Assembly (NCBI GenBank): GCA_029573725.1
Contig: JAKQDQ010000178.1
Span: 337,174 to 401,173 of the forward strand
Source: Verrucomicrobiota bacterium
Lineage (GTDB): Bacteria; Verrucomicrobiota; Verrucomicrobiia; Limisphaerales; JADLHS01
Length of the DNA: 64,000 nucleotides
Direction of reading: 5' to 3'
Shown here piece by piece: positions 28,495 through 38,240 of the stretch. The notes under the pieces are model-generated. The model saw nothing but the letters and a program-made list of their open reading frames with translations. It had not been told where the DNA came from and did not search any database. A program made the translations under genes and the position numbers. Every line of letters begins with the position of its first letter. The stretch's first letter is position 1.

Positions 28495-29970
28495 ATGGGA
28501 AAAGTTCATCGATTAGTCCTCACGGCAATTTTGGCTGGACCGGGGTGTCTCCTCTGTCCGCCTGCAGCCAGCGCCCAGATCGTGGAAAAGGTGGCGGATT
28601 TGAACATTGCCGGCGGCGGCCCCGGCGGGCCGCTGGATCGGTTCACGCAAGTTGGGACCAATCTGTGGTTCACCACCGCGAAGGGCGGCATTTTTGATCC
28701 GCGCGGCACCGTCTCCCGTTATGATTTGGTGACCCACGAAGTGACGGTGGTGGCCAGTTTGGGCAACGAGCAGGGGTCCTCGCCGGAAAGTTCGTTGCTG
28801 GTGATTGAGAATGAGGGCTATTTTACCACCAAGAGTGGCGGGACGGGGAATGCCGGCACGATCGCCAAAATCAATCTCATCAACGGCGTCGTCACCGTGC
28901 TCTATAATTTTCCGGAAAACAGTCCGGAGAACCGGGCCAACGGGATGCAAACCGGCTCGACCTCCCGCAGCGGCCTGACGCGGATCGGGGATGAACTGTG
29001 GGCGACGACCTCGCTGGGAGGAACCTCCAACCGCGGCACCATCGTCAAATACGATCTGACCAGTGGCGTCACCACCCTGGTCACCAACCTGGACGGGCCG
29101 ATGTTGGGCGGGCAGGCGTTCGACGGTTTCACGGCGGCGGGTACGAATGGCTGGTATTTTACCACGTTCTCGGGTGGTAGCACCTTTGCCACGCCAGGGT
29201 TGCCGCTGGGGGCGGGAACATTGGGGCGTCTGACTTTCGATGAAGCGGGTCATGCGGTGATTTCGCGGCTGGTTGATCTCCCGGACGGTTACACGCAATT
29301 TCCCGGGCTGTCCCCCACATGGGTCGGCGACAACTCACTTTATTTCGCCACCACCGGACCTAATGATGCGCCCGGGGCCATCATCCGCTATGACCTGGAC
29401 ACCGGCACCTGGACGAATCTTTTCAGCTTTCCCCAGGCAACCGCGCTTGAGATCGGTTCCCGGCCCGGTTACAGCGGTTTGACCGAGTTTCGCGGCGACC
29501 TGTATTTCATCAATCGCCAGGGCGGCACTAACGCCAGCAGTCCCACCGCCACTGCCGGGACGGTGATGAAGTATAATATCGCCTCCAACACCGTGACCAA
29601 GCTGGCGGATTTGGGCGGTCCGGTAGGGCCGCAATCGCTCGGCAGCGCGTCCGGCTTCTTTGGCAGCGGCACACTCGTCGAGGAAAACGGGCGGCACTAC
29701 ATTTATTACCCGTTGACGGCTGGCGGGGCCTACAATAACGGCACGATCATCCGCATTGACCTGGCGGCGTTCCGCGTCAAGATCACGCCGGAGCCGGGCC
29801 AGCAGATTCGCCTATCTTGGGACGGGGGGTATCCGCCCTTCACCGTGCAGCAGCGGACCCATCCGGTGGAGGGTGACTGGGAGAACGTGGCGCAAGGGCT
29901 GATGGACCGGTTCCTGGTGTTACCGGCAACAAACGCCGCGGCCTATTATCAGGTGATTGGTCAACCATGA
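28495..29970 (+). CDS. secreted Gloeo_Verruco (GloVer) repeat protein
   Basis: Signal peptide, and at least 5 repeats of the type GG(T/A)xNxGTI(A/V)K(I/Y)xLxxGxxTxLxxF ([25 protein letters not shown]; [25 protein letters not shown]; [19 protein letters not shown]; [19 protein letters not shown]; [10 protein letters not shown]). Confidence 0.6.
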   Translation: MGKVHRLVLTAILAGPGCLLCPPAASAQIVEKVADLNIAGGGPGGPLDRFTQVGTNLWFTTAKGGIFDPRGTVSRYDLVTHEVTVVASLGNEQGSSPESSLLVIENEGYFTTKSGGTGNAGTIAKINLINGVVTVLYNFPENSPENRANGMQTGSTSRSGLTRIGDELWATTSLGGTSNRGTIVKYDLTSGVTTLVTNLDGPMLGGQAFDGFTAAGTNGWYFTTFSGGSTFATPGLPLGAGTLGRLTFDEAGHAVISRLVDLPDGYTQFPGLSPTWVGDNSLYFATTGPNDAPGAIIRYDLDTGTWTNLFSFPQATALEIGSRPGYSGLTEFRGDLYFINRQGGTNASSPTATAGTVMKYNIASNTVTKLADLGGPVGPQSLGSASGFFGSGTLVEENGRHYIYYPLTAGGAYNNGTIIRIDLAAFRVKITPEPGQQIRLSWDGGYPPFTVQQRTHPVEGDWENVAQGLMDRFLVLPATNAAAYYQVIGQP

Positions 29971-30587
29971 GGCAGGCGCCTCCCAAAGCAGCTCAACCCG
30001 GCCGGACTTCGGTGTGGTCGGGTTTTACATTGATCGAGCTGCTGGTGGTGATTGCCATTATCGCCATTTTGGCCGCCCTGTTGCTGCCGGCTTTGGCCCG
30101 AGCGAAGGACGCGGCGTACCGGGTCAATTGCCAGTCCAATCTGCGCCAATTGGGATTCGTGTATCACCTTTACAATGAGGATTATAACGGCAAGCTGCCG
30201 ACGAGCGCCATGCTGGGGAATTCGAACTACCGCTACAGCACAGACACCAACAGTCTGCCATATTTCTTCCGGCCCTACTGCCCGACGAATCGAGTCTGGA
30301 TGTGTCCGGCCGGCCGCAGGATCCTCACCAACGGTGTGAACTACGCCTGGTCGCGCGCGCAAAACGTCGTGCGCGAAAGCGGCAGCCAGGCGGCCTTTTT
30401 GAAAATGTCCCAGACGTTTGTCGTTTGGGACAATTACTGTTACACGCAGCCTTCGGTTTATAACATTCCTGAAATTCGCAGCGGTCCGCCCGTGGCAAAC
30501 CGGGTCAACTGGTATTATCCCCATAACAACAAAAAGCGTATCAACTGGCTTTACCTTGACGGGCACACCGAAAATCGCGAACTCTGA
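29967..30587 (+). CDS. prepilin-type N-terminal cleavage/methylation domain protein (pseudopilin-like, DUF1559-like)
   Basis: [25 protein letters not shown] and C-terminal [12 protein letters not shown] overlap with the upstream GloVer gene. Confidence 0.8.
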   Translation: MRQAPPKAAQPGRTSVWSGFTLIELLVVIAIIAILAALLLPALARAKDAAYRVNCQSNLRQLGFVYHLYNEDYNGKLPTSAMLGNSNYRYSTDTNSLPYFFRPYCPTNRVWMCPAGRRILTNGVNYAWSRAQNVVRESGSQAAFLKMSQTFVVWDNYCYTQPSVYNIPEIRSGPPVANRVNWYYPHNNKKRINWLYLDGHTENREL

Positions 30588-30614
30588 CGCCCCGCCATCT
30601 CCCACACCCGGAAT

Positions 30615-32147
30615 ATGATTCACCGTCTCGTCATGATCATCCCGCTGTGCCTGGTCTGCGCCGCCTCCAGCCAGGAGACTCCGAAGCCGCAGCCCGCGCC
30701 GGTCCGGCAGGTCTGGGATTATGCGGACGAGCTCGATTTGAGCCCCCAACAACGGACGGCCTTGTTTGCGATTCGCGACCGCTATGAGGCAGCCCGCGCG
30801 GCGGTGCGCGCCGCTTCCGGCACCAACTTGCCGCCCGACATGTTGCGCGCCGCCCAGTTGAATCTCAACGACCAGCTCCGGCTGGCCAACCGCCAGCTCG
30901 GCGAACTGCTCACGGACGCCCAGAAGGAAAAGCTGACGGAATTGCGCGAGGCCGGCACTGAGCGCCGGACATCGGCCCGCCGCCCGGCCACTGCCACCGA
31001 CGATGGCGACGGTGCGCCCGCGTTGACCACCACACGCAAGCCGCCGCGCAAGCAGTTGTCCGAGGAGGCGTATCGCAAACTGGCGGCCGAGCTGCGCGCG
31101 ATGTATGCGCAACCCGCGACGAACTGGCCCGCGCCGCACCTGGACGACGACATCAAACCGCACTTTCAGGAGCTGGGGTTGCTGCCTCCGGTTGTCTTTC
31201 CAACAAACAATCCCTACACCAGCGCCAAAGCCGAGCTGGGGAAGAAATTGTTTTTTGATCCGCGCCTGAGCGGATCGGGCCAGATCAGTTGCGCGAGTTG
31301 TCACGATCCGGATCTCGGGTTCGCCGACGGGCGCACCGTTGCCTTCGGGCACGAACGACGCGAACTCAAGCGCAACGCACCAACGATCCTGAATTCGGCG
31401 TTCAACACGACGTTGTTCTGGGATGGGCGCGCCACCTCGCTCGAAAAGCAGGCGGCCGATGTGGTGAATAACGCCGACGAGATGCACTCCAGCGAACATT
31501 TTGTTTACGCGAACCTCAACAAGATTCCCGGCTACCGTGACGAATTCGCCGCCGCGTTTGGTTCGCCGGAAGCCTCGCTGGAACGCGCCGTCCAGGCCAT
31601 CGCCACCTTCGAGCGCACCATCACGAGTCGCGGCAACGCGTTTGATTCCTTCCTGCGCGGCGACACCAATGCCCTCAGCGACGAGGCGGTCCGCGGGCTG
31701 CACCTCTTCCGCACCGAGGCGCGCTGCATCAATTGCCACAACGGTCCGAATTTCACCGACGGGAAATTCCACAACGAAGGGCTGACCTACTACGGCCGGA
31801 AGTTGCAGGACCTGGGGCGCTACGAAGTCACGAAGCAGCCCGAGGACGTGGGCCGGTTCAAGACGCCCACCTTGCGCAACATCGCCCGCACCGCGCCCTA
31901 CATGCACAACGGATTGTTCGACCTCGACGGCGTGTTGAACATGTACAACGCCGGCATGGCCACGGTGCGACGCAAGCCGGAGCAAAAGGACGATCCGTTG
32001 TTCCCGGTGAAATCACCGCATCTGCAATCGCTCGGTTTGAACAAACACGACCTCGCTGACTTGAAGGCCTTTCTGGAAGCGCTGACCGAAACCCGGCTGC
32101 GAATGCGCCCGCCGGAATTGCCACCGACCGCGGCGGTCCAGCCCTAG
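30615..32147 (+). CDS. di-haem cytochrome c peroxidase (CCP/MauG family) with N-terminal LTXXQ-type extension
   Basis: Two CXXCH motifs (CASCH, CINCH), NAPTILNSAFNTTLFWDGRA and FKTPTLRNIARTAPYMHNG. A ~190-aa helical N-terminal extension contains LSPQQ and LTDAQ. Confidence 0.88.
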   Translation: MIHRLVMIIPLCLVCAASSQETPKPQPAPVRQVWDYADELDLSPQQRTALFAIRDRYEAARAAVRAASGTNLPPDMLRAAQLNLNDQLRLANRQLGELLTDAQKEKLTELREAGTERRTSARRPATATDDGDGAPALTTTRKPPRKQLSEEAYRKLAAELRAMYAQPATNWPAPHLDDDIKPHFQELGLLPPVVFPTNNPYTSAKAELGKKLFFDPRLSGSGQISCASCHDPDLGFADGRTVAFGHERRELKRNAPTILNSAFNTTLFWDGRATSLEKQAADVVNNADEMHSSEHFVYANLNKIPGYRDEFAAAFGSPEASLERAVQAIATFERTITSRGNAFDSFLRGDTNALSDEAVRGLHLFRTEARCINCHNGPNFTDGKFHNEGLTYYGRKLQDLGRYEVTKQPEDVGRFKTPTLRNIARTAPYMHNGLFDLDGVLNMYNAGMATVRRKPEQKDDPLFPVKSPHLQSLGLNKHDLADLKAFLEALTETRLRMRPPELPPTAAVQP

Positions 32148-32281
32148 TTCACGGCGCAACCCGCCGACAACATTTTGCAAGCAACCGGCGGCGGTCGCCG
32201 GCGAAATCCCGTTTACTCCTCCGGTGCGCCTGCGCGCCAGTCGCATCCAGTGCAACCAACAACACAACCGTTTCGTAACAC

Positions 32282-32977
32282 ATGAACTTTGTCCTTCGTA
32301 ACCGCCAGTTTCTTTTGATCCTTTCCCTCCTCCTCGCGGGAAGCGCGACGAACGCCGCCACCAATGGCTTGGTGGTGCCGGCCTTCCGCGGGTCCGCCAA
32401 CAGCGAGGCGGGTTACTGGGAGGTGTTCACCATGGCGGCGGGTGCGCCGGGAAATCTCGCGGACGGGGCCGGCTCGACTTCGGGCGCCGTGCTCACCCAG
32501 CACAGCCCGAATGCTTTCCTCACCGGTTCGGGCAACATCTACAACTTCACCGATGCCAGCACCTTCACGCTGGCCGACGTCACGCCCTTCGCCCTGGGCA
32601 CGGTGGTTTTGCAGACGCGCACCGTCGGGAGCGAACTGGACTACAGTTCGGTTCAACTCACGTACACCGACGGCGGCGGTGTGCACTCGGTGGCGCCGCT
32701 CTTCCGACTGGAATTGGACCGCAGTGTCGGCAACGGGGACAACGTCTCCTCGTTGTGGCAATGGGATTTGAGCGGCCTGGGCGTGAGCAGTTACAGCATC
32801 GCCTTCGCCGCCGCCGAATCGAGCATGAGCTTCGATGCCCTGACCCTCGACACCTGGAATCAATTTTCGGTGGTGCCGGAACCGTCGGTCGCGGCATTAG
32901 GAGGCATTGCGGGCTTATTGCTCCTGACCCGCGCGCGAAATTTCAAACCAGCTTTAAGGAGGTTAGGAAAGCACTGA
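32282..32977 (+). CDS. PEP-CTERM sorting-domain protein
   Basis: Signal peptide, and C-terminal VVPEPSVAALGGIAGLLLLTRAR. Confidence 0.75.
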   Translation: MNFVLRNRQFLLILSLLLAGSATNAATNGLVVPAFRGSANSEAGYWEVFTMAAGAPGNLADGAGSTSGAVLTQHSPNAFLTGSGNIYNFTDASTFTLADVTPFALGTVVLQTRTVGSELDYSSVQLTYTDGGGVHSVAPLFRLELDRSVGNGDNVSSLWQWDLSGLGVSSYSIAFAAAESSMSFDALTLDTWNQFSVVPEPSVAALGGIAGLLLLTRARNFKPALRRLGKH

Positions 32978-33029
32978 TAACCGCACCGGCGTGCCCGCGG
33001 GTCAACCGTTGCGGGCGCGGTTTCCTCCC

Positions 33030-34271
33030 ATGATACCCGCGCGTCAACTCGGAATGGTGCTGATGGTGGCGACCTCGGTCGCCTCGGCGCAACCTTTCCT
33101 GGTGAACTACAGCCAGCCGGCCCTGGATCGCTGGATGTATCCCTACAACTCCGATCCGGCCGGACGCCCCACGGCACCGGTCTTCGGCACGCTTGGCGAT
33201 GACGCAGGTGTGGACACGCGGCATGCGCAATTCCTGGTCGGCTTCGACACCTATTCGCCGATTGCCACCAACCAAGGCCCCAGGAACTACCTGGTCCGCC
33301 GCGCGCGCTTCACCGCCACGGTCAGCCGGGACCAGGTGTTTACTTACGACCCCACCTCGGACGCCGTCACGACCTACTACGAAACCAATCATCCGGCGTA
33401 TCAGGCGGACAGCGACCCCGGCCGGCCCATCGAATTGTTTGGCGCCGGATTCCGCAACGGTTTCACCGCCGAAAGTTTTCTCGAAGGCTCCCCTTTCGGC
33501 ACCAATGGCATTGCCACGCGCAACGCCTACGCCGTCGGCTATCAAACCAACGGCGCGCTGGTGGATGTGAGCAACAATGTTGGGAAAACCAACGCGCTGT
33601 ATCCGCATTTTGAAGTGTACCCGTTCGCCCTTGGCCTGAACACCAGTCTGACACCCGGCGACCTTGTCCCGAGTGACACCGCCTTCACGTTCGACCTCAA
33701 TCTGGCGGACCCCTTGGTGCGGCAGTATGTGCAGGAGGCACTCGACACCGGCCGGCTGCGCCTGATGGTCACGTGGCTGGGCGGCGGCACGCTTGGCGGA
33801 CAGCCGAGCTACCCGGATTTCTACAACAAGGAAAGCGTCTTGGGGGACCCGCCGGCACTCGAAATCGAAGGCACAGTGGTTACCGCCACCGATACGGAAC
33901 CGGACGGTTTACCTGATGATTGGGAGAATTTTTATTTCGGCAATCTTTCGCAGGGAGCGAACGACGATCCCGACGGCGATGGCGCGTCCAATCTCGCGGA
34001 ATATCTCGCGGGCACGAATCCCAACGAGGCCGCGAGCGTGCTGCAAATCGTTTCGATTGAGAGCGCCCCCGGCGGCACGAGCCTGCGTTTTCAATTCGCC
34101 GCCAGCCGCCGCTACACCATCGAATCCTCCGGCGATCTACAACGCTGGTCGGCGGTGACGGACCCCGTGCTCACGTATTATGCCACGCCGGGCGTGGCGG
34201 AATGGAAGGACGACGGCGCCCAAACCGGCGGCCTTGGCCCCATCCGGTTCTATCGAATTCAAGCGAGATGA
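33030..34271 (+). CDS. secreted protein with thrombospondin type-3-like Asp-rich repeats
   Basis: Start at ATG 33030 (signal peptide [12 protein letters not shown]). [12 protein letters not shown]...[23 protein letters not shown] followed by a C-terminal beta-rich domain. Confidence 0.6.
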   Translation: MIPARQLGMVLMVATSVASAQPFLVNYSQPALDRWMYPYNSDPAGRPTAPVFGTLGDDAGVDTRHAQFLVGFDTYSPIATNQGPRNYLVRRARFTATVSRDQVFTYDPTSDAVTTYYETNHPAYQADSDPGRPIELFGAGFRNGFTAESFLEGSPFGTNGIATRNAYAVGYQTNGALVDVSNNVGKTNALYPHFEVYPFALGLNTSLTPGDLVPSDTAFTFDLNLADPLVRQYVQEALDTGRLRLMVTWLGGGTLGGQPSYPDFYNKESVLGDPPALEIEGTVVTATDTEPDGLPDDWENFYFGNLSQGANDDPDGDGASNLAEYLAGTNPNEAASVLQIVSIESAPGGTSLRFQFAASRRYTIESSGDLQRWSAVTDPVLTYYATPGVAEWKDDGAQTGGLGPIRFYRIQAR

Positions 34272-35074
34272 AACGGAGCGCGTTCACCCTCATCGAATTG
34301 CTGGTCGTGATTGCGATCATCGCCATTCTGGCGGCCATGCTGCTGCCCGCGCTCGCCAAGGTCAAACGCAAGGCGCGCTGCATCGAGGAGGTTTCATCGG
34401 CGCGCCAGGTCATGCTGGCCATGCAGCTTTACACTGACGACAACCAAGACCGCCTGCTGCCGGGCTATGCCGCCGACACGAACGCAGTGGACGAGTTGAA
34501 TCAGCCGCTGAGTTTTCCCGAAAATGCGCGCTACCCTTGGCGGCTCGCCCCCTACCTCGCCAACTCGTTCGAGACCATCTATTGCGCGGACAATCGCGCC
34601 AAGTTGAGCGAGCTGCGCGCGTTGGATCGCGCCGGCTATACCTACGCCGTCAGTGTGTACCCGTCCCTCGGCATCAATGCGTACTTCATCGGTGGCAACG
34701 AATCCGAGTTCTCCGCCGGCAAGGCCAACCAGAAATTTGGCGGCGGCACGGTGGTGCTGAAATTGAATGAAGTGCGCAAGCCTTCCGTGTTGATGGCGTT
34801 CCTCTCGGCGCGTTCCGCCGTTGATGGTGAGCACGCCAATGGTTATTACCAGGTCACGCCGCCTTTCCTGACCACCCGGCAGTGGGCGACGGACTGGTCC
34901 GCCTCCCTGACACCCAAACAATGGGGATTCGTCGCGCCACGTTACAATCAGCGCGCCGTCGCGGCGCAACTGGATGGTCACGTGGAGGCGTTCAACCTGC
35001 GCGAGCAACAAGACATGCGCCATTGGTGCAACACTGCTGACCGGGCCGATTTCACCCTGCAAACCACCCCCTGA
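34268..35074 (+). CDS. prepilin-type N-terminal cleavage/methylation domain protein (pseudopilin-like)
   Basis: [29 protein letters not shown] and C-terminal [11 protein letters not shown] overlap with the upstream secreted-protein gene. Confidence 0.8.
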   Translation: MKRSAFTLIELLVVIAIIAILAAMLLPALAKVKRKARCIEEVSSARQVMLAMQLYTDDNQDRLLPGYAADTNAVDELNQPLSFPENARYPWRLAPYLANSFETIYCADNRAKLSELRALDRAGYTYAVSVYPSLGINAYFIGGNESEFSAGKANQKFGGGTVVLKLNEVRKPSVLMAFLSARSAVDGEHANGYYQVTPPFLTTRQWATDWSASLTPKQWGFVAPRYNQRAVAAQLDGHVEAFNLREQQDMRHWCNTADRADFTLQTTP

Positions 35075-35092
35075 TCCGATCCGTCCCCAACT

Positions 35093-36160
35093 ATGAACAT
35101 GAACCATCACTCCCTCACCGCCTGCGCCGCCGTGCTCGGGGACGGCCGCCGCCACCAACCCGGTGCAAGCCGGGGAACGCCGGCCGGCGCCTCACTGTCC
35201 AAAGTGGTGTCCATCAAATTGCGACTGCCGTCGTTTCTGCTGAGCCTTGTACTCATCGGTCTTTTCAACCCGCTGATGGCGGGAAATTCACCCACCACCG
35301 CTCCCGGTTCGAATCACAAAATCGGCGTGCTGCTCGTCAACCACGGTTCGCGTTCCGCGACGTGGCGTCAGGCGTTGCTGGACCTGGAAACCACGGTGCG
35401 GCCGGCCATCTTGACGAACCAGGCAGTCCAAGGATTGAAGACCGCCTTCATGGAATACACCGAGCCGTCCATTGCCACCCGCTTGAAGGAATTCGACGCG
35501 GAAGGGTTCACGGACATCGTCATTGTGCCCGTGTTCCTGACCGTCAGTTCGCACACGTTCGATGACATCCCCACCATCATCGGCAAGAAGACCGATCCCC
35601 AGTCCCTGGAGACCATGAAGCTGGAGAAGATTGAGCGTTACCAGCCCCGGGCCAACACGGTCATTGCGCCCAATCTCGATTTCACCGATGTGCTCAAGGC
35701 CAACGTGCTGCGCCGCGTGCGCGCCCTCTCCACGAATCCCGCGGAGGAGGGGCTGGTGTTGATCGCCTATGGCGACACCACCTACGAGCGTGAGTGGGTT
35801 GCCCTGTTTGACGCCGTGGGCGCACACGTGAAAGCGCACACTGGCATCACCACGCACACCCATGGCTGGTGCGGACACATTGCGCATTATGATCCCGCGA
35901 AAACCACGGCGGCGGTCGGGCAGGTGTTGCAGACCAAGGCCCGGGCCATCGTGATTCCAGTGCTGGTGGCGCATGACGAAAATTTCCAGGTCCGCATCAT
36001 CGGCGGCGGAATTGCCAAAGTGCCGGACTTTCAGAAGCGCGTGGTGTATCGGCCGGACGCCATCCTGCCCGATGCCGGGGTCGAGCGCTGGATCATTTCG
36101 ATCAGCCAGGAGTTGGTGCGCAAGCTGCAGCCACAGCCTCAACTGGCGGGTAATCACTAG
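35093..36160 (+). CDS. exported two-domain CbiX/CbiK-like (class II chelatase fold) protein
   Basis: Hydrophobic export segment [20 protein letters not shown], then [12 protein letters not shown]...[19 protein letters not shown] (domain 1) and LVLIAYGD...[14 protein letters not shown] (domain 2). Confidence 0.55.
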   Translation: MNMNHHSLTACAAVLGDGRRHQPGASRGTPAGASLSKVVSIKLRLPSFLLSLVLIGLFNPLMAGNSPTTAPGSNHKIGVLLVNHGSRSATWRQALLDLETTVRPAILTNQAVQGLKTAFMEYTEPSIATRLKEFDAEGFTDIVIVPVFLTVSSHTFDDIPTIIGKKTDPQSLETMKLEKIERYQPRANTVIAPNLDFTDVLKANVLRRVRALSTNPAEEGLVLIAYGDTTYEREWVALFDAVGAHVKAHTGITTHTHGWCGHIAHYDPAKTTAAVGQVLQTKARAIVIPVLVAHDENFQVRIIGGGIAKVPDFQKRVVYRPDAILPDAGVERWIISISQELVRKLQPQPQLAGNH

Positions 36161-36170
36161 AACCAGCGTC

Positions 36171-36731
36171 GTGCGTCTGCGCCGCCTCAATACAACCCTG
36201 CATCGGGACCTGGGTTATTTCCTGTCCGGCCTCATTTTCGTGTATTGCCTGTCCGGTATCGCGTTGAATCACGTCAACGACTGGAATCCGGACTTCGTGA
36301 TTCAAAAGCGCACCATCACGCTGGATCGCGTTTATACCGCGGACGAGATCAATGCCGACCGCCTCAAGCGGTTCTCCGCCCTGGTCGGCGAGGACCAGCC
36401 CAACCTGCACGACTTTCCCACCCCGGAGCGGGTGAAGCTTTACTACGACAACGCCTCGTTGCTGGTGGACCTCAGCACACGGACCGGAACGTATGAAAGT
36501 GTGCGCCGCCGGCCGCTGTTCTATCAAACCAACGTGCTGCATCGGAACAGTCTCAAAGGATGGAAATGGGTGTCCGATATTTTTGGAGCGCTGCTGATCC
36601 TTCTGGTCATCTCGGGCTGGTTCATTCTCAAAGGTCGCAACGGTGTCCTGGGGCGTGGCAAATGGTTCATCGCCGCCGGCATCCTGCCTCCGGTGGTGGC
36701 CGTCATCCTGTTTCAGTGGCTGCAAAACTGA
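36171..36731 (+). CDS. PepSY-associated TM-helix membrane protein
   Basis: GTG start just after the upstream stop, with no in-frame ATG. LRRLNTTLHRDLGYFLSGLIFVYCLSGIALNH, a central soluble segment, and a C-terminal TM pair (WVSDIFGALLILLVISGWFIL; FIAAGILPPVVAVILF). Confidence 0.55.
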   Translation: MRLRRLNTTLHRDLGYFLSGLIFVYCLSGIALNHVNDWNPDFVIQKRTITLDRVYTADEINADRLKRFSALVGEDQPNLHDFPTPERVKLYYDNASLLVDLSTRTGTYESVRRRPLFYQTNVLHRNSLKGWKWVSDIFGALLILLVISGWFILKGRNGVLGRGKWFIAAGILPPVVAVILFQWLQN

Positions 36732-37094
36732 AACGGGTTGTGCGGTGTGCGCCAGCCACGCGCCGCGCTTCCAGCATTGTCTGACGTGCAAGCGCGATGA
36801 AGCGGTCGCCCGGCCGGCTGACTCCGGAGCGCGCAACCCCGTTGCTTCCGGCAGCCGAGCGACCCGGGAGGCGCGGCAGTTTCTGCGCCGGTCTTCCGCG
36901 CTCACAATACGGCCGGCGGAAGTTTGATGTTCCAGCCATCCTTTGAAAAAGCCGACCTTGGGATCCGAGGTTCCATTTCCGGGGTTGAAGCCGGCGCGGC
37001 CATCCGGGGCCAAAATCGGATTGCATCGCCCCATGCTTTTTCCGATGATGCAGTCCTGACGCCCGACTTGGAAAGGGAACGGGCGGCGGTTGGA

Positions 37095-37169
37095 GCGCGC
37101 TTAGCTCAGTGGTAGAGCATTACCTTCACACGGTAGGGGTCGTAGGTTCGAAACCTACAGCGCGCACCA
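37095..37169 (+). tRNA. tRNA-Val (anticodon CAC), CCA encoded
   Basis: Hand-folded cloverleaf. Acceptor GCGCGCT/AGCGCGC, D arm GCTC-AGTGGTA-GAGC, anticodon stem TTACC/GGTAG with loop TTCACAC, 5-nt variable loop, T arm GTAGG-TTCGAAA-CCTAC, discriminator A, CCA. Confidence 0.92.
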
Positions 37170-37172
37170 TCT

Positions 37173-38237
37173 TCACTTTTGCAACGCCTGCCCCAAATCC
37201 ACCCAGTGCAACTGGTATTTGGCCGGGGCCAGCCCGGCGCGGCGGCAAAGTTCGTCCATGTCCTCCTGCATTTCGTGGCTGGGGCCGGAGGTGGAGCGCC
37301 CGCCACTGAACACCAATTGCCCCGGCAGGGGGATCAGGTCGGGCGATCCGGAGTCTCCGCCTTTCCAGGTGTTCACGGTCAGGGGCGGTACGCCGGTGCT
37401 CACGTTTCCACCCTGCTCCGTCTGGAACAGGGGATAAGGCGCCGGACCAAAACTGGGCGGAAAATAATACTGCTTCCGGTTTTCCGGTGACACCACCGGC
37501 AGGGTTTCGATGTCGTCCGGCAGGTCGCGGTCCAACAGCAGAATGGAATAATCCCGGCGCGACGGCACGGGCGTGCGCACGACGGCCATTTGAATGACCG
37601 CCTCAATCCGGCGATTGTCCCGGGTAACGAACCACACGCGCTTGCCGTTGTGCGCGGGGTTGAATCCATCCATGCCAAAACTGTGCCCGCGCGTGTAGAG
37701 ATGGCGTCGCGTCAAGGCCGTCAACGGGATCTGCCCCGGATTCCCTTCGCCTTCCCAACACGGACTCAAAGCCGTAACTCCCCGCATCCCCCAGATGACG
37801 CTGTTGGTGTTCCACTCGACCACCGGCGGCGTCTGGGGCCAGCCCGGCGGGTGCCGGCGCTGCGACCAGATGCGCAAGGTGCGTCCGTTGGTGTGCGCGA
37901 GGAAATTCGTCCAGATCAAATGTGCCAGGGTGCCCTCCTGATACCCATGGAAAACGCGATTGGTATAGGTGTACTCCCGACGGTAGCGGCGTTGGAAGAC
38001 GGCATTGGTCGCCAGCCGCGCCGGCAGGTTGGTGGGAATGGCATTCGAATATATTCGCGTGATCGCCCAGGATTCCCAAACCCCGGCACCATTCGTGACC
38101 AGGCCCACGGAATTCGTCGTGGCTTCGAGCAACACCGGTGGTGGTGCGGCCGTTGCCACGCCCATCCACCCCAAACCGAGCAGCAGCAGCAGTTGACGCC
38201 ACCGCCCGTATAACCCGGCTGGAAGCGAGGCTTCCAT
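37173..38237 (-). CDS. secreted protein, possible divergent chymotrypsin-fold (PA clan) serine peptidase
   Basis: Signal peptide LLLLLGLGWMGVATA. Ordered candidate triad: YTRGHSFG, DYSILLLDRDLP, KGGDSGSP followed by GQLVFSGG. The stop is 3 nt from the tRNA-Val 3' end. Confidence 0.45.
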   Translation of the reverse strand: MEASLPAGLYGRWRQLLLLLGLGWMGVATAAPPPVLLEATTNSVGLVTNGAGVWESWAITRIYSNAIPTNLPARLATNAVFQRRYRREYTYTNRVFHGYQEGTLAHLIWTNFLAHTNGRTLRIWSQRRHPPGWPQTPPVVEWNTNSVIWGMRGVTALSPCWEGEGNPGQIPLTALTRRHLYTRGHSFGMDGFNPAHNGKRVWFVTRDNRRIEAVIQMAVVRTPVPSRRDYSILLLDRDLPDDIETLPVVSPENRKQYYFPPSFGPAPYPLFQTEQGGNVSTGVPPLTVNTWKGGDSGSPDLIPLPGQLVFSGGRSTSGPSHEMQEDMDELCRRAGLAPAKYQLHWVDLGQALQK

Positions 38238-38240
38238 AAC

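Noticed and set aside
29961-31985. 674-aa ORF antisense to the pseudopilin and cytochrome c peroxidase genes, the longest shadow ORF in the window
   Set aside because: The plus strand carries CXXCH haem motifs and a prepilin leader. The antisense product is R/G/A/V-rich with no recognisable domain. Length alone is not evidence at this GC content.
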